From Candidatus Freyarchaeum deiterrae (GTDB taxonomy: Archaea; Asgardarchaeota; Jordiarchaeia; Jordiarchaeales; Jordiarchaeaceae), in NCBI GenBank assembly GCA_037305845.1, contig CP147778.1, positions 640,001 to 704,000 of the forward strand: 64,000 nt of DNA, written 5' to 3'. Made by a program: the position numbers and the translations under genes. Shown in pieces: positions 1 to 9,323 of this stretch (position 1 is the first letter of the stretch; the number at the start of each line of letters is the position of its first letter). Under the pieces are notes generated by a model, which was not told the DNA's origin, ran no database searches, and saw only the letters and a list, made by a program, of their open reading frames with translations.

Positions 1-1
1 G

Positions 2-208
2 GATGAATTAAACAGGAAAATTTACAGACTTAAGAGAGAAAACCCCTCAATGGAAGCATTCTTCACTCTGGCAGAAATACTTAGAACAACTAAACTGCAG
101 CCTCCAAAATCAGATTTTGAAGAAAAACCCACAGGAATTAAAAAAAGAATTGGAATAAAAACAGAATTTCAAAGTTATATGAAAACTCTTAGAGAGGAAA
201 AAAAGTAA
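2..208 (+). CDS. 3' end of a paralogue of the 514..1641 protein (runs off window start)
   Basis: Frame 2 reads DELNRKIYRLKRENPSMEAFFTLAEILRTTKL...KTEFQSYMKTLREEKK*, closely matching the C-terminus of 514..1641 (DELNKKIYQLKRANPSMEAFFALAEILRSTKL...KTEYQSLIESLRKKEK). Confidence 0.85.
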   Translation, partial: DELNRKIYRLKRENPSMEAFFTLAEILRTTKLQPPKSDFEEKPTGIKKRIGIKTEFQSYMKTLREEKK

Positions 209-371
209 AGGGACTGAACATACTTTACAATTAGAGTTTTTTAAAGCATAAAATTAAACAGAGCGCGATAAATTATACTCTCCGATTTAAGAGTTTTGGA
301 ATTATCCTAAGCACAACATAAGTAGCTTTGTTAAACAGTATCCCCTGTGCAGTATCTGCCTAACTACAAAA

Positions 372-513
372 GTTTTTAGATTTTCTCAATAAGTTTATAT
401 CAGGGTGTTATAAGAAGAGTTACTATTACTTTTATTAATAATAGGAGTATTCAGAAAACATTTAATACCAATGCTTGTTGCCTTTTATTTAAGGGAAAAG
501 CGAGAGTGATAAT
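372..513 (+). promoter_or_regulatory. Duplicated promoter/leader region (copy at ~1760-1894)
   Basis: Shared blocks caataagtttatatc, gaaaa(c/a)atttaa and taagggaaaag..gtgat.atttgtttgaaaa upstream of both paralogues. Confidence 0.55.
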
Positions 514-1641
514 TTGTTTGAAAAACGCGGTGTTTGCTTTGCTATTTTCGATGAAGAAACCGGTCCAACTAGTGTTTATTTTAAGGGAATCAGCAAAACA
601 ATTGCCGATAAGATCGCTTTGAAGACCATAGTTGGTGCACTTTCTTTGAGCCAGCAAGTGGATGAGGGAGAATCTATAATTCCCATTCAGGAAGAAGAGA
701 AGAACGTTTTTGTCTACTATTTCTCCGTAGCCGACGAGAAAGCGAGAGGGAAAGAGAGAGTCGGAACACTCAATTTCGTTGTTAACAGGGAGGATGGTGA
801 TGTGCTTTACCGTTTTGCTCCGATTCTCTCAGAGCACTCGAAAAAAGCGGTGGAGGACATTAAAAAATACTACGTTTACAGGCAGCCGATTCCTCAAGTC
901 CTAGTGAATAGCTTGGAAGGTATTTTATCAATCGAAGACTTTGAGAGAGCAGTTCTGCCTGATAGTTTTAAAGAGTATCTAATTAGAAGCTATCTTTCAA
1001 GGGATACTACTTTCCATCGTTCAATAGTGGAAAAAACAAGCAGTATTTCTCGGCATGAAGAAAATTTGGAGGAAATAGTGGATATCGTGGGAAGAGACAA
1101 AAACAAAGATATTGTTTGGGTGCTTCTTTTTCGTAATTTTTCTAGAATGAGTGATGAAGAGAAAAGAAGTCTATATTTGTATTTAGATAAGCTTAGAGAG
1201 AATATTTCTTCTCTGGAGGTAATATTTGTTCTTAACGAATTGGGTCTTAGAAGAGGGGGCGCATTCGACGATAAAACAATTGAAGAAATTACTCGAATTT
1301 CCAGAACCAGTGAAGCTGATGGAAAAGATTTTGATTTATACGGAACAGACAATAACGATAATATTGTTTGGGCCCTTTTATCGAAAAACTTTCTAACCAT
1401 GAACGAATCAGAAATGGATGAATTAAACAAAAAAATTTACCAACTTAAGAGAGCGAACCCCTCAATGGAAGCTTTCTTCGCCCTAGCTGAAATACTCAGA
1501 TCAACCAAACTAGAAACTCCACCACCAAAAAAACCGGAATTTGAAGGAAAACCCATAAGACTTAGGAGGATTATGGGAGCAAAAACAGAATATCAAAGTC
1601 TTATAGAATCGCTTAGGAAAAAAGAAAAAGAAAAAAAGTAG
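514..1641 (+). CDS. Folliculin/uDENN(longin)-like N-terminal domain protein with duplicated C-terminal domain
   Basis: FAIFDEETGPTSVY resembles the uDENN/NPR2 opening strand-GP motif; YYFSVADEKARGKERVGTL resembles FLCN/SMCR8 DxxARGxxR; two internal repeats D-x-x-G-x-D-x-N-x-x-IVW-x-LL-x-x-NF. Confidence 0.6.
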   Translation: MFEKRGVCFAIFDEETGPTSVYFKGISKTIADKIALKTIVGALSLSQQVDEGESIIPIQEEEKNVFVYYFSVADEKARGKERVGTLNFVVNREDGDVLYRFAPILSEHSKKAVEDIKKYYVYRQPIPQVLVNSLEGILSIEDFERAVLPDSFKEYLIRSYLSRDTTFHRSIVEKTSSISRHEENLEEIVDIVGRDKNKDIVWVLLFRNFSRMSDEEKRSLYLYLDKLRENISSLEVIFVLNELGLRRGGAFDDKTIEEITRISRTSEADGKDFDLYGTDNNDNIVWALLSKNFLTMNESEMDELNKKIYQLKRANPSMEAFFALAEILRSTKLETPPPKKPEFEGKPIRLRRIMGAKTEYQSLIESLRKKEKEKK

Positions 1642-1894
1642 TTTTTTAGACCCAAAATTAAGCATAGAAGAGCGAATTGGGCCTATTTATAAAGGGCGGG
1701 GATTTATCCTGAGCATTTATCATAATCAGCAATTCTAAATAATATTACTCAAATTATAAAGTTTTAAGATGCTTTCAATAAGTTTATATCTGTGTATGCA
1801 AAAAATAACATAATTACAATGTTTGCAGGATTTCGAAAAATATTTAAGACGATGCTCGTGAGCCCTTAATTAAGGGAAAAGTGGGCGTGATGAT

Positions 1895-2395
1895 TTGTTT
1901 GAAAATCGTGGAATTTGTTTTGCTATTTTCGACGAAACGGCGGGTCCAACAAGTGTTTATTTTAAGGGAATCGATAAGACAATTGCGGATAAAATCGCTT
2001 TAAAAACTATGGTTGGTGCACTTGCTTTGAGTAGGCAAGTGGACGAGGGAGAATCTATAATTCCCATTCAGGAAGAACAGAAGAATGCATTTGTGTACTA
2101 TTTTTCGATAGTCGATGAGAAAGCCAGGGGAGGAGTTAGAATAGGTGTACTTAGTTTCGTTGTGAATAAGGAAGATGGTGACGCATTATACCGTTTGGCT
2201 CCGATTCTCTCAGAGCACTCGAAAAAAGTTGTGGAGGACATTAAAAAATACTATGTTTACAGGCAACCGATTCCCCAGGTTCTAATGGACAGCGTGGATA
2301 GTATTTTGTCAATCGAATTTGAGAAATTATTATTAAAAAAAGATAAAGAATCCAGAATTAAGGGTGCTCTAAAACACGAAGAGGATATTTGGTAG
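1895..2395 (+). CDS. Stand-alone folliculin/uDENN(longin)-like domain protein, paralogue of the 514..1641 N-terminus
   Basis: Highly similar to the first ~140 aa of 514..1641, with DEKARGGVR; upstream DNA also duplicated. Confidence 0.65.
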   Translation: MFENRGICFAIFDETAGPTSVYFKGIDKTIADKIALKTMVGALALSRQVDEGESIIPIQEEQKNAFVYYFSIVDEKARGGVRIGVLSFVVNKEDGDALYRLAPILSEHSKKVVEDIKKYYVYRQPIPQVLMDSVDSILSIEFEKLLLKKDKESRIKGALKHEEDIW

Positions 2396-2657
2396 CCTTG
2401 AACTTGTATCCTGATTTTATCCAATTCTATCTACGAACTGTTTTAAAAACACCTCTCAAACTTTTTGGCAGTGGGACTTTTCAATCTTTATAAAAACTAT
2501 AAGAACATTAAAAAGTCGAGTAGCGTCGGGTAAGCTTTAACTATTATAAGAAAACTATATTACCGTTGAATAAAAGGATTTGAAAGAAATTTATGGGAAA
2601 AGTTATCCTTTAGTTTCTAGGAACGCCAAAACGCTTCAATAACGGAGGGCTATCTGG

Positions 2658-3578
2658 TTGAATTTAAATAAACGCCTCTTATCATATTCGCTTGTTATTC
2701 TTGCTCTCGAAGCTTTAGGATTATTCGGTTCTTTTTTCATTTTGTGGCAGTCCGTATTCTACTTTTATTCGGCAAGTTTAATTTACGAGAATGTTTACGG
2801 AGTTTTCACCACTTTTTATTACATTAGTTACTCTGTTGAACCCTTGCCTACGTTACTGGCTTATTGGTTGTACAGTAGGTCTGCTCTTCCAATGCTATGG
2901 ATCGCTATTCCAATATATGTAATTTTAAAACTGGTTTTATTAGCCTTAAAAAGATTTAATTTAGCCGGCTTATCAATACTTATGCCATTACTCTTCGCTG
3001 GGGAAAGGTTCTTTACCACCCTGAATATTTCTGATATTCAAAAATGGCTGTTCTCGCTTTCAGGGATCTTTATTTATCAGCAACAAGGGATAGGTCCAAT
3101 CGTATTAATGGTAGTACTCTTTCTAGGAGTCTACGGGGTTAGTTTCTTTGAGAACGCCCTCAGGCTTCCAATGATTAAACGAGTTATAAAACTCTTGAAG
3201 GAGAATCCGGAACTTGAGCTTTCCGAGATTGCTAAGGGTAGTGGATATAGTGTAAAGCAGTTATACAATATACTCACCAAAACTATTTACCAGGGAATGA
3301 TTCTCGCAGTTCTAACTGAAAAAGAATTAGTAGCATACGAAAAACCTAAGGCTCAGGAATTGATTGTCGAAGCCTTTAGAAGGGTTCTTCAGAAAAATGA
3401 AAGACTAGACATTAATGATTTACGCTATGTCATGCAGAACTCAAAAATATGGTTTTCTCCAAAAGGAGAAGATGCTCTAGGTATCATCAAAAATGCTCAG
3501 GAAGAAGGAAAGCTCTTGGCACTTATTATTGATAACAAAATAATTATACGACAATCAGAACCAAAATTCTCATACTAA
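2658..3578 (+). CDS. Membrane protein with C-terminal tandem PCI-like winged-helix domains
   Basis: ~4-5 hydrophobic helices, then LELSEIAKGSGYSVKQLYNILTKTIYQGMILAVL and a second similar unit ending EEGKLLALIIDNKIII. Confidence 0.55.
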   Translation: MNLNKRLLSYSLVILALEALGLFGSFFILWQSVFYFYSASLIYENVYGVFTTFYYISYSVEPLPTLLAYWLYSRSALPMLWIAIPIYVILKLVLLALKRFNLAGLSILMPLLFAGERFFTTLNISDIQKWLFSLSGIFIYQQQGIGPIVLMVVLFLGVYGVSFFENALRLPMIKRVIKLLKENPELELSEIAKGSGYSVKQLYNILTKTIYQGMILAVLTEKELVAYEKPKAQELIVEAFRRVLQKNERLDINDLRYVMQNSKIWFSPKGEDALGIIKNAQEEGKLLALIIDNKIIIRQSEPKFSY

Positions 3579-3621
3579 ATTCTAGGCTTCCGATTAGATA
3601 AAAACTCTATAAAATTATTTT

Positions 3622-4356
3622 TCAAATGTAGTACTGGTCGTTCTCTGGGAAAATTCTGTTTACTGAAGCAATCATTTTTTCAGCTGCTTCTGGTTTACCA
3701 GCGTTCAGGTAGCTCTGGGAGGCCCAAATGTATTTATCTCTTGCTTCATTCACATCACCCATTTCTTCAAAGAGTTCTCCACTTTTGAGATAGAGAGCTG
3801 CCGCTTCTTCATGCCTGTTCATTGCGTCCCCGTATAATATACCCAAGAGCCCGAGTACTATAGCTTGCTGGTATTTATCACCCAGCTCTTCAGATAATTT
3901 TAGCGCTTTTTTGTAGCAGCTTTCAGCTCTTTGATAATCCGCCTGTTGCTTGTATGAGAAACCTGCCCGCCAATAGCTTTCAGTCGCGTTTTTGAATGAT
4001 TTCTCCTTATCATAAATTTTCGCTGAGGTCATATAACTTTCTGCTGCCTTCTCGAACTTTTCCAATATAAAATAATTAAATCCCAAATGGCTGAGATAAA
4101 ACGCAGTGTTTTCATTTTCAAGATTCAGGTTTTGTAGTATGGTTACCGACTTTAGAAGGTATTCTAATGCCTTCGCATTTTTTTGAACAGATTCTGATAA
4201 TAGTCCTGCTTTTGCAAAGGCTGTGCTGCATTTTTCCAATTTATTATCTTCTTCAAGCTTTTTTGCAGAAGCCAGGTAAAGTTCTAAGGCTTCTCCGTAG
4301 TTTCCAGACTTCTCCATTCTCTCAGCTTCAGAAAAGAGTTCATCTGAATCCGTCAA
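3622..4356 (-). CDS. TPR / alpha-SNAP-like helical repeat protein
   Basis: Repeated A-x-x-Y-x-x-(A/S)-(A/G) TPR units (KAAESYMTSAKIY, ATESYWRAGFSY, AAALYLKSGELF). Confidence 0.7.
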   Translation of the reverse strand: MTDSDELFSEAERMEKSGNYGEALELYLASAKKLEEDNKLEKCSTAFAKAGLLSESVQKNAKALEYLLKSVTILQNLNLENENTAFYLSHLGFNYFILEKFEKAAESYMTSAKIYDKEKSFKNATESYWRAGFSYKQQADYQRAESCYKKALKLSEELGDKYQQAIVLGLLGILYGDAMNRHEEAAALYLKSGELFEEMGDVNEARDKYIWASQSYLNAGKPEAAEKMIASVNRIFPENDQYYI

Positions 4357-4882
4357 ACATTTCCGCCTCTAGCCTCTGTTCACTTAACACCGTGCACAAG
4401 AATTATTAAATTTTTATTATCTCTCTAAAAAACTAATCTAATAAAATAATGTACTATACACATAACATAAGGATAAGTGGTGAGTAACGTCAACTATCAT
4501 TGCTAAATTAATTAAAAACTGGACAACTGTGTTCCAGAATTAGATAACAGCCCATTAAATTTGAATAAGATAAACCATAGTATATACAGAAAACACAAAT
4601 GAATAATAGAGAAAGAGGTTAAGAATAAAAATTTCCAGTGATAATAGGTACTAAAGAAACCGAGTGTTGTTATGCCCTATTAGGGGGACTCTTTAAAACT
4701 GGTGGGTTACAAACCAATAGATAACTTATCCAGAATCTAAGGGAGCACCTTTAGGAAAAAAAGAAAACAAACAATTTAAAAAGCAGTAGATAGTCGTTCA
4801 GATGAGGATTCCTAATAGGTTTATGAATACAAAAATCTTAAATTCACATCGAGAATAATCTAAATAAACATTTCAAAATTCG

Positions 4883-6409
4883 GTGAAATTTATGAAATTT
4901 GCGGAAAAGTTGGGAATGCGTTATGATAATAACATCAACGAGCATCTAGCTTTTGATGATGTTTCTCTGCTGCCGGGAAGGAGTGACTTTGAACCAAACG
5001 AAGCGGACATTTCAGTATTAATAACACCTGAGCACCTGTTAGCTATTCCCTTTATAGCTTCTCCCATGGATCGTGTTACTGAGTCGGAAATGTGCATAGC
5101 CTTAGCTAGGGAAGGAGCATTGGGTGTACTTCACAGGAACTGCCCCATGCAAGTGGAAGTGGACATGGCAAAGAGGGTTAAGCGTGAGGAGATATCTGGA
5201 ATAATAAGAGACCCTCTGACTGTAACACCTGATACTCAAATATCAACAGTAATTAGAATGATGCGTGAAAAAAACATTTCAGGATTACCAGTTCTGGATA
5301 AATCCGGCGAATTAGTGGGAATAATCACAAACAGAGACGTTGTCACCGCTAATCCAGAAACTCTTGTAAGTAAGGAGATGACTCCCAAGGAAAAACTAGT
5401 AACAACCTTGGAGAAGGATATACTCGAAAATGGAAAGCTCGACACAGAGAAAGTTAAACAATTACTCCACCTTCACCGAATCGAGAAACTTTTGGTTCTG
5501 GATGAACTCCTAAAACTCACTGGTCTAATAACTCTCAAAGACCTCAAAAGATTAGAGGATTCACCACATGTCTCTCGGGACGCGGAAGGACGATTAACAG
5601 TGGGTGCAAGCATTAGCCCCTTCGACCATGAGAGAGCTATAAGATTAGATCTAGTGGGAGTAGACATCCTAGTCATAGATATCGCCCACGGAATGAACGT
5701 AAACGCAATAAACGCGGTAGAAAAAATCTCAAAAGACGTAAACGCATGGATTATGTACGGCAACATAGCAACAGACGAGGGCGCAAACGAAGTAATCACA
5801 AGTAACATAGACAAACTAGCAAGTCTACGAGTGGGACTAGGCGGAGGAAGCATCTGCCAAACAACACAAGTTACAGGAGTAGGAGTCACAACGCTCTCAG
5901 CAACAGCACTCGTCGCGGACGCCGTTCAGGAACACGATGCAAACATTAGTGTAGTTGCAGATGGCGGCATTCGATCGAGCGGAGACATAGCAAAGGCGCT
6001 AGGTGTTGGTGCGAGCGCCGTTATGTGCGGCTACCTATTCGCAGGCACGGACGAGGCTCCAAGTGAGAAGGTCTACATCAGAGGCGTCCCAATGAAAAGG
6101 TACCGCGGAATGGCATCCCCATCGGCCATCAGAGAGCGATACGCAGTTGACAGATATACAAGGGGCTCCAAGAGGATAGCTGAAGGTGTTGAGGGTATGG
6201 TACCTTATAGGGGTTCTGTTAGAACTCTGGTCAGAGACCTAGCATCAGCAGTTAAAGCGGGTTATGGTTATGTAGGTGCGAGGAACACGAAGGAAATGTG
6301 GGAGAAGGCACGTTTCTCAAAGAGGACAATGATTGGTGTTAGAGAAGGACTTCCACACGATGTAATCCCAGAATCGCAGTTCCAAGATTTACATGACACA
6401 TTCTTCTAG
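4883..6409 (+). CDS. guaB: IMP dehydrogenase with CBS pair
   Basis: SPMDRVTE, CBS domains, catalytic GSIC, ADGGIRSSGDIAKAL, YRGMAS, flap RY, EGVEG. Confidence 0.93.
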   Translation: MKFMKFAEKLGMRYDNNINEHLAFDDVSLLPGRSDFEPNEADISVLITPEHLLAIPFIASPMDRVTESEMCIALAREGALGVLHRNCPMQVEVDMAKRVKREEISGIIRDPLTVTPDTQISTVIRMMREKNISGLPVLDKSGELVGIITNRDVVTANPETLVSKEMTPKEKLVTTLEKDILENGKLDTEKVKQLLHLHRIEKLLVLDELLKLTGLITLKDLKRLEDSPHVSRDAEGRLTVGASISPFDHERAIRLDLVGVDILVIDIAHGMNVNAINAVEKISKDVNAWIMYGNIATDEGANEVITSNIDKLASLRVGLGGGSICQTTQVTGVGVTTLSATALVADAVQEHDANISVVADGGIRSSGDIAKALGVGASAVMCGYLFAGTDEAPSEKVYIRGVPMKRYRGMASPSAIRERYAVDRYTRGSKRIAEGVEGMVPYRGSVRTLVRDLASAVKAGYGYVGARNTKEMWEKARFSKRTMIGVREGLPHDVIPESQFQDLHDTFF

Positions 6410-6521
6410 AAATTGAGACCCCAGCCAACATCATACATTACCCAATTTTTCTCTTCGGTTAATTTTTATCAAGATTTCTGGTTTTGACAGAAATTAGAGA
6501 CGAAGGGGAGAGAATTAAATC

Positions 6522-7367
6522 TTGAAGTTAATGGAGACACTCAGAGGGGTGGTTCCAGAAAATTATCGGCACCTGGTTCCTAGTGGATATGAAGAGATTG
6601 GGGATATTTGTTTATTGAGACTTCCCGAGGAATTATCAGATTTTTATCCCGATATAGGTAAAGTCATTCTTGAACGCCGCCCTCGCTTGCGAGTAGTTGC
6701 TGTGCGAACCGGACGTATAACAAATGAGGAGCGGGTTGGGGACGTAAAAATTATTGCTGGAGAGAATAGAACCGAAACCATACACAGAGAGCATGATTGC
6801 AGGTATAAGATTGATTTGGCAAAGGTGTTTTTTACTCCTCGTTTGAGTTATGAACACGACCGGGTATCAAAACTCGCTAGAAGCGGAGAAGTTGTGCTAA
6901 ACATGTTTTCGGGAATGGGGGCATTCTCAATACTGATCGCAAGGAGGGTAAAACACTGTAAAGTGTTTTCGGTTGACATTAACTCCTCTGCGGTTGAATA
7001 TTTAAAAGAAAACATCCGACTTAACAAGGTAGAAGATAAGGTCTTCGCCATTCTCGGAGACGCAGCCGAAATCAAAGAGCCTACTCTAGCTGATCGGATA
7101 ATAATGCCCTTACCAATCAAGGCTTACGACTATTTGGAAATCGCAGCCAAAAAAATCTCTCCAGGAGGAACTATTCACTACTACGATACTGTACTGGCAA
7201 GAGGGACAAAAACCCAACAATTAGATAGGCTAAGTGAAAAGGTTACCAATAGACTTAAAGAATTAAATTTAGAGATTGAAATCCCGTATAAGAGGCGGAT
7301 AAGGAGTCTAAATTCTGGTTTTTATTTGAGTGTTTTGGATATTTTGGCGCTAAAAAAGGCTATATGA
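6522..7367 (+). CDS. Trm5/Tyw2 (Met-10+ like) tRNA-modifying SAM-dependent methyltransferase
   Basis: ETIHREHDCRYKIDLAKVFFTPRL, NMFSGMGAFS, ENIRLNKV, IIMPLP, IHYY. Confidence 0.85.
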   Translation: MKLMETLRGVVPENYRHLVPSGYEEIGDICLLRLPEELSDFYPDIGKVILERRPRLRVVAVRTGRITNEERVGDVKIIAGENRTETIHREHDCRYKIDLAKVFFTPRLSYEHDRVSKLARSGEVVLNMFSGMGAFSILIARRVKHCKVFSVDINSSAVEYLKENIRLNKVEDKVFAILGDAAEIKEPTLADRIIMPLPIKAYDYLEIAAKKISPGGTIHYYDTVLARGTKTQQLDRLSEKVTNRLKELNLEIEIPYKRRIRSLNSGFYLSVLDILALKKAI

Positions 7368-7472
7368 TATACTCGTAAATATCTGCGGATGAAAATACTA
7401 AAATGTTTAAAAATAGGCAGTTGTCCTCGGTTCTCATATATAACCCTTTAGGAATTACTCAGGGTGTAAACC

Positions 7473-7976
7473 TTGGAAGACACAATAGGAAAAAAGCAGG
7501 AAAACAAGACAGAGGAGTTGGACCCATTAATTCAGGATGACTGCGTTAGAGCACTTATTTCAGGTTACACATCCGATGTGGGAGAATGCCGCTTCTTTTC
7601 AGATTCGGTTGAATCAAAATGTTTTCTCGACCCTTACTCAAGAAGGCCATGGAACTGCGAGGGCAAGTGCTTCGTTAAGGGGTACAGATGCGAGTATATT
7701 AGCGACGCTTTCTCTTTCAAGAGTTCTCTTGAAGAAATTTACTTTCTGATATCGTTAATCGGACAAAACGGAACAAACATTATTAGCAGTCTAGGCTGGA
7801 GCGTTTTGTCAACGGAGGAGGTTTTAGCCGTTAGCGGCATTAAGAAAGAAGAAGCAGACTTTACAGTAAGCGTTTTAAAACTTCTAAAACTCATTTGTCA
7901 AAAAAATGGAAAGTTGACATTAACGGATCGGGGAAGAACAGTGCATGATTATTTACTAACCAGAAATTTAGTATGA
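7473..7976 (+). CDS. Hypothetical protein, Cys-rich N-half and winged-helix-like C-end
   Basis: Six Cys in the N-half; LTLTDRGRTVHDYL wing motif. Confidence 0.55.
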   Translation: MEDTIGKKQENKTEELDPLIQDDCVRALISGYTSDVGECRFFSDSVESKCFLDPYSRRPWNCEGKCFVKGYRCEYISDAFSFKSSLEEIYFLISLIGQNGTNIISSLGWSVLSTEEVLAVSGIKKEEADFTVSVLKLLKLICQKNGKLTLTDRGRTVHDYLLTRNLV

Positions 7977-8022
7977 GGACAAATAAAATAAAAAAGGGAA
8001 TTTTTATCTGTTTAATGATTGT

Positions 8023-8694
8023 TTACCTTAGATTGATGTATTCTCGTATTTTGCTTGGTGTTAGGTGGTCTAGTATCATATCTTTGTGTGCCATTACGAA
8101 TCTGCATGTTTTTCCACCGATTGCTTTGCACATTATTTCTTTTGCTTCGAGTGGGACACCGAAGCTCTCTGAACACCAGCCGGCAGAGTAGCCGGCGTTG
8201 AAGTGGCAGACGGGTTTAGTTGGTTTATACCCGCTCGGCAAAGCTAACTCAAAGGAGTTTGGGTGGTCATAAATTAGAAAGTATTTCTCATCAGGGGATG
8301 GAGCGGATTCGGGGAATATGTCAACAAGGGCGAAGCCTCGGAAACTGAACTGGATGGGGCCCACACTTAGCTTTTCCATCGGGTCGGTTAAGCCCATTCT
8401 CTTGTTAAAGACTTTTGCCTCACGAGTTCCACAGGCTTTCCCGAAATTGTAGATTAGCATATTTGCAGTGTTTTCACCCAGCATCTTTTCCATATTGACT
8501 CTGGCTTCTGGTAGCGAATCTGCGCCTAGTAAGATAAATCTCTGACCGCTGATTTGTATAGTACCCTTTGATCGTTCTTTAGATTCATCAGTAAAGAACT
8601 TCTCTACGTAGCTCTGAGCTTTAAGAAAAGCATCGACCATTTGTTCAGGAACCTTAGCAGAGTACAACACTTTTACTTCTTTGCCTTTAATCAT
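8023..8694 (-). CDS. V4R (XylR-N/V4R) domain protein
   Basis: GTIQISGQRFILLG; CHFNAGYSAGW...EAKEIMCKAIGGKTCRFV V4R signature. Confidence 0.85.
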   Translation of the reverse strand: MIKGKEVKVLYSAKVPEQMVDAFLKAQSYVEKFFTDESKERSKGTIQISGQRFILLGADSLPEARVNMEKMLGENTANMLIYNFGKACGTREAKVFNKRMGLTDPMEKLSVGPIQFSFRGFALVDIFPESAPSPDEKYFLIYDHPNSFELALPSGYKPTKPVCHFNAGYSAGWCSESFGVPLEAKEIMCKAIGGKTCRFVMAHKDMILDHLTPSKIREYINLR

Positions 8695-9107
8695 TTTTTT
8701 ACCTCAAAGCCTTTTTGAAAATATAATAAAATTATAAAATAGTTTACATTTTGACTTCTACATCTGGATGTGCATCTGCTATAAATTTGGGTTAATTTTA
8801 GGTATCTTTCAGTTTAACCCCGCACTTACACTTGCATCAAAATTTCCAATTGCTAATTGGATAAGAATACATGTGCAAAAATAATATTAAAATGTTTCTA
8901 AGCAAACCAATTATCTAAAGAAGGCAGCCTTTAGATAAAAGATTAGATTGCTATGAGAGAAGAGGTGTTAGAAGGACAGGATTTAAGGCGTCTTAATTGG
9001 GTGCTTATAGCGCCCCCTTTTTGTGGATTTCTTGCGACATAAAGCTTATATTTTTTGACAACAAGGTTTTACTTGTTTTGCTGAGAGTTATAGCGGGCTG
9101 TGAAGTG

Positions 9108-9305
9108 ATGAGTAGCGATTCTGGTAAATTAAAGCTGTTTAGGTTTGTGAGTAATAGGGGCATTATGGTTAAGCAGCTTCTTGAAGAGTTAGGGTTGAGT
9201 GAGGGTTACTTTGCAGTTTTTGTGGGCGGTAAGAGAGCTAATCTTGATTCTTACGTTGACGAGGGAAGCTTTGTTATTGTTCTACCACGCATAGCTGGAG
9301 GCTAA
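9108..9305 (+). CDS. MoaD/ThiS/SAMP-type ubiquitin-like protein
   Basis: MVKQLLEELGL...AVFVGG...VIVLPRIAGG with terminal GG; likely ATG at 9108 (ORF track starts 8997). Confidence 0.85.
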   Translation: MSSDSGKLKLFRFVSNRGIMVKQLLEELGLSEGYFAVFVGGKRANLDSYVDEGSFVIVLPRIAGG

Positions 9306-9323
9306 ATATTTAGAGGGGCTAAT

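Noticed and set aside
4357-4882. Long intergenic regions (also 15117-15698, 20238-20696) as RNA genes or riboswitches
   Set aside because: AT-rich, with no tRNA cloverleaf, T-loop motif or convincing stable structure visible by eye
4883-6409. GMP reductase (GuaB1-like) instead of IMPDH because of GMAS and the GLGGGSICQT variant
   Set aside because: GSIC, the flap RY dyad and EGVEG favour IMPDH
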